Assembly: GCA_965153355.1 (NCBI GenBank)
Contig: OZ231126.1
Span: 43,090,001-43,154,000, forward strand
From: Flaccisagitta enflata
Lineage: Eukaryota
Direction: 5' to 3'
Length of the DNA: 64,000 nt
Below the pieces are notes generated by a model. It worked only from the letters and a program-made list of their open reading frames with translations, was not told the origin of the DNA and ran no database searches. Of this stretch, positions 13,713 to 23,045 are shown piece after piece (position 1 is the stretch's first letter; each line of letters opens with the position of its first letter). Both the position numbers and the translations under genes were made by a program.

Positions 13713-13930
13713 CAAGGGATAAACACAGGTATGTGAAATAATGCTAAATAGTTGGGGTGGGTCTGTTCACCCAGAAACAATAATGAGGCAGTAAACACGG
13801 CAACCTTTGTAGTGTACAGATGGGCAGGGGTGGTGAAGCAAGAGGCTGGTGAGGCACTATGGCAACGGCAGCGACGAACTGACGACGGGAAGACGGATAG
13901 ACAAAAAGTGGCTTATAGTGTCGCATAGTA

Positions 13931-14086
13931 CAGTTGAACCCCGCTCTAACGGATTTCAGGAGACCAACAGATTTGGTTATAGCCAATATAAAAGTTAAAA
14001 GAAAACTGATTGAAGAGACCAAAAATTATTGTCCGTTGTAGGCGGAATTCCATTAGAAGCGGGTCCGTTAGAGCGGGGTTTAACTG
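13931..14086. mobile_element. pogo/Tigger-type MITE inserted in the terminal hairpin of a HINE
   Basis: TIRs CAGTTGAACCCCGCTCTAACGGA / TCCGTTAGAGCGGGGTTTAACTG, TA duplication; removing it restores GTCGCATAGTACGCGAC. Confidence 0.85.
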
Positions 14087-14331
14087 TACGCGACTTTAAA
14101 AAAAGGAATGCTCATTTTATCACCCAGGGACCAACATTTAGACCGGCCGGTCTACTCCAGACCGAAGATTTATTCGTGCTCACATTAGGCTATGAAGGTA
14201 AAGTAATAAATAGGTATTCGGGCGCCTCTGACAAGAGAGTTTGGAAACTTGAAATGAGGAGATATAAACACATTTGGAAAAATGTGGAAATGGGAATATG
14301 TTACAACAAAAACGTGAGAGCGGAATACGAA

Positions 14332-14402
<71 letters not shown>

Positions 14403-14459
14403 CCATCCAAAGTTCGCACATGATCTGCGGTACCCGATGTCTGGATTGAGAGCAGGCTA

Positions 14460-14887
14460 TCGGCAGAGACACTGTAGAACACAGGCGTGAATTTCCAGAC
14501 GTCCAGACGGGGGTTTATTTCAGGCCTCAGATGACTGGATTAGAGGATTAAACGAGTAATTTGAGGCCTGGAGAACTGATTTGAGGTCCTTAGCGCAGAT
14601 TTGAGGTCTGGAGGGCAGGCATGAGCACTGGAGGGTAGAGGGTAGACTTTAGGCGCAGAGGGCTGATTTGAGGCCTGGAGGGCTGATATGAGGTTTAAAG
14701 CGCTAAATTTAGGCTTTGGGAGGCCTATATTAGGGCTTGAAGGGCAAAAGTCAGGCCTGAATGTTGATTTGGGGTTATCTGAGTGGGGGGACAGACAAAC
14801 GGATGGACAAATGGAAGGACAGATTTATGTCCCGAAATTCACCCCTATGTCTTACAGGACATCGGCCCTTTAGGGCCGCTGCCCAAA
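14460..14887 (-). mobile_element. HINE family B fragment with 21-bp array
   Basis: Ends CAGGACATCGGCCCTTTAGGGCCGCTGCCCAAA. Confidence 0.65.
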
Positions 14888-15070
14888 GAGGACAAAAGGG
14901 CAAAAGAAAGGATATTAAGAACCCAGTTCTTATCAATGTAGCAAATGGAATCGCTAACAAACAACCGAGCACCGTATCAGACGCGCGCAAATACAAACAC
15001 ACACTTCCACCACCTGATACAAACTAGAAAGAACATTGAGAGAAAGAGGTAAGTTAGGTAACGATAACAA

Positions 15071-15126
<56 letters not shown>

Positions 15127-15255
15127 TGTGAAGAAGATAAAGGAGAGCCATGAAGAAGAAAAATAGGACATGTGAGGCGATGAGTTCAAAGTTCGAAAGA
15201 AATGTGAGAGAAGTATATAAAGAAAACAAGGCCAACACCTATAAGTCGCGGAGAT

Positions 15256-16590
15256 ATTCCGTGGCGTTCTACTATAGCGTATCAAACCGCCAAAAATTGT
15301 TTCAAAAATACAAAAAAATGGATTATTGTGACAAAAATTATGAATTTTTGTCACAAAAATGCTGGAAAAGGCCGTTTTGAAACAGGCGTTCTTTTGCAGT
15401 TTCAAAACGATCTTATATTGTCGTTTCAAAACCACAAGTATGCGCAACTTTTGAAACGAATATTGCGGCATAGTTGACGTATCAAAACTTAGCAATTCTA
15501 AAGTTCTAAAAACATGAGATTTTTGCGTTTCAAAACGCTTGAAAACAGCGCTAAAGTAACAGCCAGCAAGGGAAAAAACCTGTTCATCTTTGTAATCTTA
15601 TCACCTTTTTTACCGTTTTGAAAACGCAAAAAATTGAAGTATTGAAACTAAGAAAAAATGTGTTTAAAAATTGAAATATGGTTATATGCCAGCTGACTTT
15701 ACCCAAACTGACTGGCTTATACGCACGCCACTCTTGGTTTTCCATAACACTGAAACTGAAAGACATCCTTTTGGGCAGCAGCTCCGAAGGGGTTGATGAC
15801 CTATGCTTTTACACATGGGGAGTTTTCTCCTCAAATTACAGTCTTGAGGCCCAAATTTTAGCCTGAAGGCCCAAATCCTTGCCTGGAGGCCCAGATCCCC
15901 ACCTTGATTGAAGCCCAAATCTTAGCCTCGAGGTCCCAATCCCACCCAAGAGAACACGATCCCAACCTCAAAACTCTGAAAGAGGCTTAGTCTGTCTGTC
16001 CTCCATCGGTTTATCCATTATGCTTGAGTTATAAGTGCAAAAATGCACATTCTTAAATGAAATTGCAGTTGTGATAATCTCTTTGTGTGTTTGTGCCAAA
16101 AAGGTTACTTTTTACAGTTTTGAAACTGCAAAATATTGAAGTTTTGAAACTGCAAAAAAATGAAGTTTTGAAACTGCAAAAAAATGAAGTTTCAAAACTG
16201 CAAAAAAATGAAGTTTTGAAACTGCAAAAAATTGAAGTTCTGAAACCGCAAGAAAATGAAGCAAAGAAACGGCTATTTCATATTTCATAATTTCATTGCC
16301 ACTTTTTCCCAGTCCCAAAACAGTAAAAACTAGCTGGCTTGAGGTGAGAAAAAAATGATATTTTAGACATGTTCTGAAAAGACCTTTTTATGCATTTTTG
16401 ATACACCCAAAAAAAGCAGTTTTAAAACGGCAAGTATGCCTGCGTTTTGAAACCCCAGATAACTGCCACTAAAGGACATTGTTGTATGCATAAATGGTTT
16501 TTTGGTCGTTCTGAAACTGTTGCATACTAGAAGTTTTGAGACGTCGTTCCCCTATTTGGGACAAAAACGCAATAAGAACGCCGACGAAAT
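15256..16590. mobile_element. Putative non-autonomous TIR element with repeated GTTTTGAAAC motifs and a 24-bp array (16117-16260); contains a HINE B fragment at ~15770-15990
   Basis: Imperfect inverted ends TTCCGTGGCGTTCT / AGAACGCCGACGAA; superfamily not assignable. Confidence 0.45.
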
Positions 16591-16679
16591 ACCTGAAGTC
16601 GCGTGCGAGACTCACTTAATTACATAATCGCCTAATTATTTGAGTACGTTATTTGCTGTAATGACGATAATGACTATAA

Positions 16680-18010
16680 TTTCCTATTGACCTATAAATG
16701 CCTATAATGACCTATAATTACCTAACTTTACCCAAATTAAATAATGACCTATAAGTACTTATAAAGACTAATGATTACCTATACTTACATATGGACCAAT
16801 AATTACCTATAATGATGTATGATTACCCATAATTACCCATAATTACCTTGCATAATGACCTATAATTACCTATAATTACCTATGATTAGCTATAATTACC
16901 TATAATTGCATAATGACCTATAATTACCTATAATTACCTATGACTAGCTATAATTACCTATGATTAAATAATGACCTATAATTACCTATAATTGTCTATT
17001 GACGTATAACTACCTATAATGACCTATAATTACCTTTAATGACCTTTGATTACCTGAATTTACCCATAATTTCATAATAACCTACAATTACCTATAAATA
17101 CCTATAATTACCTATGATGACCTATAGTTACCTAAAATTACATAATGACCTATAATTACCTATAATGATCTATAATTACCTTTAATCACCTATAATTATC
17201 TATAATTACATAATGACCTATTATTACCAATAATGACCAATAATTGCTTAATGACCTATTATGACCTATAATGACCTATAAGTACATAATGACCTATAAT
17301 TACCTATAATTACCTATAATGACTTTTAACTAACTATAATTACCTATGATTACATACTGACCTATAATTACCAATAATGACCTATGATTACCTATAATTA
17401 TATAATGACCTATAATCACCTTTAATGGCCTATGATTACCTTTAATGACCTATGATTACCTATAATTGCATAATGACCAATAATTACCTATGATTACCCA
17501 AAATTGCATAATTACCTATAATTACCTATAATCATATAAATAAAAAGTGAAATGACTATATTGACTAAAATGATTAAAATGACTTAGGACTTAGGGCTTA
17601 GAATGACTAAAAATGACTTAAAATGACTTAAAATGACTTAAAATGATTTAAAATGACTTATAATGACTTATAATGACTTATAATGACTTATAATGACATT
17701 AAATGACTTAAAATGACTTAAAATGACTTAAAACGATGAAAAGGATTATATTGACTAAAATGACAATAATGACTTAAAATGACTTAAAATGCCTTGAAAT
17801 CACTTGAAATGACTTATAATCACTTGAAATGACTTAGAATAACTTAAAATGACTTAGAATGACTTAAAATGATGAAAAGGACTATATTGACTAAAATGAC
17901 AATAATGACTTAAATTGACTTAAAATGACTTAAAATGACTTAGAATGACTTAGAATGACTTAGAATGACTTAGAATGACTTAGAATGACTTAGAATGACT
18001 AAAAATGACT
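16680..18010. repeat. 10-bp arrays (TACCTATAAT/GACCTATAAT)n then (AAATGACTTA)n
   Basis: Direct reading. Confidence 0.9.
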
Positions 18011-18309
18011 TAAAGAAATAAAATTGATAAAAAAAGTAAAGTGTGACAGACCAACCGACAGACCGACAGACCGACGGACAAAGCGGGTTGTAGAGTCGCG
18101 TGCACGCGAGAGAGAGAGAGAGAGAGAGAGAGAAATACAGTAAGTTAGGAGCAATGAGGTCCTCAAAACGAGGGTCACTTTCTTCTTCACTGTTTTGATG
18201 AAGTAGTGTAGATTATAGGTCTTTTTTTAAAGCTGTTGGGCGAGAGCTTTGAGTGAATTTAGTTTTATACCATTAGCTGTAACTTTTGACTAGGGAAAAA
18301 AGTAAGTGT

Positions 18310-18399
18310 CCAACACCTCTTTGGATTCTAACCTGTGACTCTGAATGGGAAAGTTGTTTTACATAAGTTTAGCACTCTACCAAAAAAAGTTATTGCGCC
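18310..18399 (-). pseudogene. Possible decayed tRNA or tRNA-derived SINE head
   Basis: Minus strand shows A-box-like TAAC...TTGGTAGAGTG and B-box-like GGTTAGAATCC; stems do not pair convincingly. Confidence 0.2.
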
Positions 18400-18645
18400 A
18401 AATACAGTAAAAGGGAATTAATTCAAGATTTAATTCAAGAGGGAGTTAATTCAATGATTGTCAGTTTTGTTTTTACCATCAGCTTTCAAAAAAAATATGA
18501 GGTTTTTCATTCAATCAGTGAAACTGTAGAGGGCCCCCTTTGTACTGGCCATATAGCTCCTAATGTGCTGTACTCAGACTGAACGACACAAGCAGACAGA
18601 CCGGCAAACAGATAAAAAGAAAGAAAAACAGAAAGACAATAAATA

Positions 18646-18736
<91 letters not shown>

Positions 18737-19370
18737 GCAGAATTCGTCCGCCGCAAGGAAGCAAAGAGCGCGAGGTAGATAATAAAGAAAACGGTGAAGG
18801 TAAAATAACGTCATAATCGTCTATTTCTCAGAGGCCCATTGCCTTCAAAGATGGTGAGATGGCACCACTGAGCAAGAGAGAGAGAGAGAAACTTTCCAGC
18901 CTCGTGCTCGGGACTTTTTCCCGGGGCTAAAAAAAAGTTTGTAGTCCTGTTCAAATGATGGATGAATAGGAAAGGGGAGAAAAAACAGCGAGTAGTAAGT
19001 AAGGTAGAGCTGGTGTAAGCTGGTGGTTTTGATATGCAGTGGAACCCCGCAATAACGGATTTCAAGGGACTAGTTGTTTTTTTCCGGTTGTGCCGAATTC
19101 CGCTGTTGTCAATTTGACTATTCTTGATCATGATTTAGCAAAAAATAACAAAAGCTTTGACGCAGCAAGACAGAACACGCCTTGTAACAAAAAGATAACG
19201 TGAAAAGCGATAATGAAAATAAAAAGGTACTGATAAGTATTGGGTAAAAAGAATGTCACAATGACAGACTGGCAGACAGACAGACAGGAAGAAAGGCAAT
19301 TAGGAAGACAGGAAGATTGACATTTGAACGAATCCCAATAGACAGAAAGAGATAATCAGACCAAAAGAGA

Positions 19371-19531
19371 AACACGGCCTGATACACGGCAATCCAGTCG
19401 CGGACGGTTGGGCAGGAGCAGTAATGCAAAAACCGCTCGGAATTCAAAAATGTGACGGACGGACCGACATACCGACCTACCAACCGACCGACCGACACGG
19501 CAAGGTGTAGAGTCGCGTGTCCGCGACTAAA
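19371..19531 (-). mobile_element. HINE family A copy (truncated copy follows at 19593-19699)
   Basis: Near-identical to the reverse complement of 19861-20021. Confidence 0.85.
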
Positions 19532-19860
19532 TAGAAAAAAAAAAACAAAAAAGAGAAAAAGGAAAAATCGAGAGACAGACAAACTAAGAAATAAACAAGT
19601 TCGCGAATGGTTGGGCAGGGGCTGCTTGCAATTCAAAAATATTTGTGCCGGACCGACAGATCAACTGCAAGGTGTAGAGTCGCGTGTCCGCGTCTAAAAA
19701 GAAGCGATAAACCTCGCTTATGTTACAAAACATACAAAGTGTGCGTGCCTTGAAGTCGACAAATGTCTGCACGCGGGTTTCCTCTTCATAAAAAATGAGT
19801 ATCTTCACTTTTTGGAGATGAAAAAAATGAATCTAATCCAATATTGAAGATATCATGAGC

Positions 19861-20021
19861 TTTTTAGTCGCGGACACGCGACTCTACACCTTGCCGTGTC
19901 GGTCGGTAGGTCGGTAGGTCCGTCCGTCGGTCCGTCCGTCACATTTTTGAATTCCGAGCGGGTTTTGCATTACTGCTCCTGCCCAACCGTCCGCGACTGG
20001 ATTGCCGTGTATCCGGCCTTG
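19861..20021 (+). mobile_element. HINE family A, type copy (Helentron-associated/DINE-1-like architecture)
   Basis: TTTTT; 5' subTIR AGTCGCGGAC with partial inverted repeat CGCGACT; (GTCG/GTCC)n tract; 3' subTIR GTCCGCGACT; stem-loop GCCGTGTATCCGGC; CTTGTT; no TSD. Confidence 0.85.
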
Positions 20022-20349
20022 TTGTAATCTTAACAGATAATCCAAAAAATTCATTGATTTTTCTTGAAATTTGGAATTTTTCATAGATATGTCCATTTAG
20101 GTCGCCTTTTTTCACTTGAAATTGCCATAAACCCTGTCATGTGGACCGGTAATATATACTCAAATGCTACCATGACCATTCTACTTAGTTTGAGCCATAT
20201 AGCAGGGATGAAAATTTTCACCCAAATACCCAAGGAGCCATCTTGCGCAATCCGTGGCCCTTGGTGCAGAGGCTAGAATTCAGGCAACAGATGGCCGATT
20301 TCTGGTCTGAATGGGTTGATTTCAGGTTGATTCCGGCCTGAAAGACAAG

Positions 20350-20496
20350 AACAAGGCCGTATACACTCCCCCTCAGTCGCGGACGGGTGGGCAGGAGCGA
20401 AATAGCGAAAAAACGCTAAAATTTTGTTTTGGTTACCGACGGACAGACCGAACGAAGGACACAGCAAGGCCTAAAGTCGCGAGTCCGCGACTAAAA
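20350..20496 (-). mobile_element. HINE family A variant
   Basis: AACAAGGCCG...AGTCGCGGAC...AGTCGCGAGTCCGCGACTAAAAA. Confidence 0.7.
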
Positions 20497-20963
20497 ATCG
20501 CACCATAAAAATTACCTTTACGTACATCTTCATCCGAGTAAGGAAGTAGATCTAGTAAAACAAGGCCGGATACATGGCCACCCCAGTAGCGTGCGGGTGG
20601 GCAGGGGCGATAAGCGGTTTTACTCTAAGCTCTGGATAGGAGTTGTCTTTGGCATAGTCTAAAGAGGTCAAACTGCACTGTTTGAGAAGTGGAAATGGCG
20701 ATAGGGAACTCGCTCTCATCGTTCAGCCACACATAGGAGAATTCTCAGAACACTCGTTGCTTAGGTGAAGCTTATATTGTCTTAGTGATTGAAAACTAGA
20801 AAAGTCTGTCACTCCTTAGGCTGAGAAGAGAAAAAAATACTCTACTGGAATCCTTATTAGATAACCTATTCAGACAATTATTTTGACCAGTCAAAGCAGG
20901 AAAAGAAATTAATCAAAGGTAAATAAAACAATTAAAAGAGTGAGGTTCATTGTTTCAGATGAT

Positions 20964-21896
20964 TCATGCGGCAAAGTCAAAGATGGCGTAGCGATCGGGA
21001 TGTCGCTGAAAGTTTTCATCGACAAAACCTCCAATGCATACCACCGAAATTCCGTCATCAATACGCTTCAACGTGAATGCCTGATGTTGTTTCAGCCCTC
21101 CTCTTTTCCCGCCAAATTCATGCGAAAGCGATGGCAGCTCTTTCCATTCAGACTTATCAACGTCAAAGATCGAGGCCTGGTTTGAGACTCCTTTAGTGTC
21201 GATGCCTTGGTCCCCGCCAACTAGGAACAGCTGAGATAAAGAGACTCGCGTGAGCGAGTGATAGTGTAAACCATTTATGATCCCCGAGTTTTCGATCCTG
21301 GTCCACTCCATGATTTTCATATCAATCATGAAAAAGTCGATCAAGCTCCTACCATCGCATAAACCACCGTGGATGAAAACGCGATGATCGAGTTGAGCGA
21401 CAGCAAAACTGGAACGTGGCGTCGGTTTCCTTCCGGTGGTTTGGAGACGTCTGAAGGTGCTGGCGCGAGGATCAAATTGGTAGAATTCGTTGGTATAGTA
21501 GACACAGTTTTTCACCGAATTGAAAAACTCGTCTTGTCTCGACCCGTCCGTTTGTCTGAGGTTACCGCCAAAAAAGAAGATTTTGCCGTCGTAAGACCAG
21601 CCGCCATGATTCCGTCGCTCGAAAGGAATGTCACCGTTGGGATAGAGACGCGTGAATTTCCCGTCGACTGTTAGAGAGGAAATGTCTTTGACCCAACTAT
21701 GATTGTTGCCGTCTTCCCCTCCAAAGATGTAAAGTGTGTCAACCTGGATTGCGGAAGCCGCAAATATAGATCCAGGATGAACCTCACCAGTTGCGGGAAT
21801 CCGTTGCCATACTGCTCTGTCTCCAAGTTTGAGTGGAGGCGAGAATAAGTAAAGGAAGCCGGTAGGAGTGACGAGATAGCGTCCATCTTTTTGTAC
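20964..21896 (-). CDS. Exon 3: Kelch blades 1-6 (KLHDC1/2/3-like propeller), terminal exon
   Basis: The frame of ORF 20964..21515 stays open up to the acceptor at 21897-21898. It reads VQKDGRYLV...DTLYIFGGED...RRNHGGWSYDGKIFFFGG...PTPRSSFAVAQLDHRVFIHGG...HYHSLTRVSLSQLFLVGG...VVCIGGF...YAIFDFAA*, with five hydrophobic-GG Kelch signatures here and a sixth in exon 2. Confidence 0.9.
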   Translation of the reverse strand, partial: VQKDGRYLVTPTGFLYLFSPPLKLGDRAVWQRIPATGEVHPGSIFAASAIQVDTLYIFGGEDGNNHSWVKDISSLTVDGKFTRLYPNGDIPFERRNHGGWSYDGKIFFFGGNLRQTDGSRQDEFFNSVKNCVYYTNEFYQFDPRASTFRRLQTTGRKPTPRSSFAVAQLDHRVFIHGGLCDGRSLIDFFMIDMKIMEWTRIENSGIINGLHYHSLTRVSLSQLFLVGGDQGIDTKGVSNQASIFDVDKSEWKELPSLSHEFGGKRGGLKQHQAFTLKRIDDGISVVCIGGFVDENFQRHPDRYAIFDFAA

Positions 21897-23003
21897 CTGA
21901 AAGTTTCAATAGCAGCCCAAAGGCAGTAAGTGGTCAGCGGTACCAGTGCCCTGCTTGGGAAATGTTTGATTTAGTTTGAGGGGGAGCAGGGCAGCGGCCC
22001 CAGAGGGTACGAAGTTCTGTAGAATACAGGGGGAATCTGTCCGTCCATCCATCCATCCGTTTGTCCCCCCTACCTCATCCTCAGGGCTTTGTCTCCGTTG
22101 AGGCCTATTCTGACCCAAATTCTGCCAAATAGCTCAAATCTAAGCAAAATGGCCCAAGCCTGGTCAGAATTTAGGCATCAGAGGCCACAATATAAGTCAG
22201 ATAAGGGGTCAAAATAGTGGACCTCAGGCTTGAATTTGGGTTTTCTAGCCAGATTTTGGCCATTTTGCTTGGATTTGAGCCATTATGTTTAGATCTGGGC
22301 CATTTTGCTTAGATTTGGGCCATTTTGCTTAGATTTGGGCCATAGTGCTTGGATTTGGGCCACTTGGCAGAATTTGGGTCAGAATAGGCTCCAAAGGAGA
22401 CAAAGCTCTGAGGATGGGGCGGGGGGGGGGAGGAGACGGATGTATGGACAGACAGACGTACATATGGACGGACAGATTCTCCCTATGTTCTACAGGACTT
22501 CGTCCCCTTCGGGGCCGCTGCCCAAAAATGGCGCCGTCTTGGATACATGATAATATCAGGATTATCGCCTTATCACGATCAGCCCAATTACTTTTTTCCT
22601 CAAGACCTCGACATTTTTTAACGCACGTACGCGACTCTGGATGTTACTAGGAAAGATGGTAACACAACCGAACCCCCAACCCATTAAAGGATGAGAGCCT
22701 TTGAAGCTCTCTATGGTGTTTAATCCGAACCCACCACAACTATCCTTCAATTTTCCTTAAAGAAAATTACACTGAGAATTATCAAAGGATCCTACAAAAA
22801 TTATGTCACATTTAAAACAGCATTGCCCTCAGTCCACAGTATATTTGTACCTGACCACCGCCCCAGAGGACGAGTCGATTGCCAATGACTCCGCCGACGA
22901 AACCACTTCCGACTGGAAAGCTATGACATGCGCTATACCAGTTATCCGCTAGTCTCGGCCGTAAATTGAAGAGTTGCTGACGTGGCGGGGCTGATTTGCC
23001 TAG

Positions 23004-23045
<42 letters not shown>

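Larger units (their letters stand above)
15222..18109 (-). mobile_element. Large HINE with ~1.3 kb of 10-bp arrays and an inserted ~1.3-kb element (shorter relative at 60503-60819)
   Basis: Start AAAACAAGGCCAACACCT..AGTCGCG, end GTAGAGTCGCGTGCACGCGA; 60503-60819 has similar ends and the same AAATGACTTA array. Confidence 0.7.

Noticed and set aside
14127-14197. Possible plus-strand micro-exon (similar candidates near 18830 and 27890)
   Set aside because: Splice signals are weak, there is no recognisable product, and no consistent gene model can be built.
21671-21886. 71-aa ORF MDAISSLL... as a separate gene or as the start of the Kelch protein
   Set aside because: It is an alternative frame overlapping exon 3; the Kelch frame is open from 21896 and carries the GG motifs.
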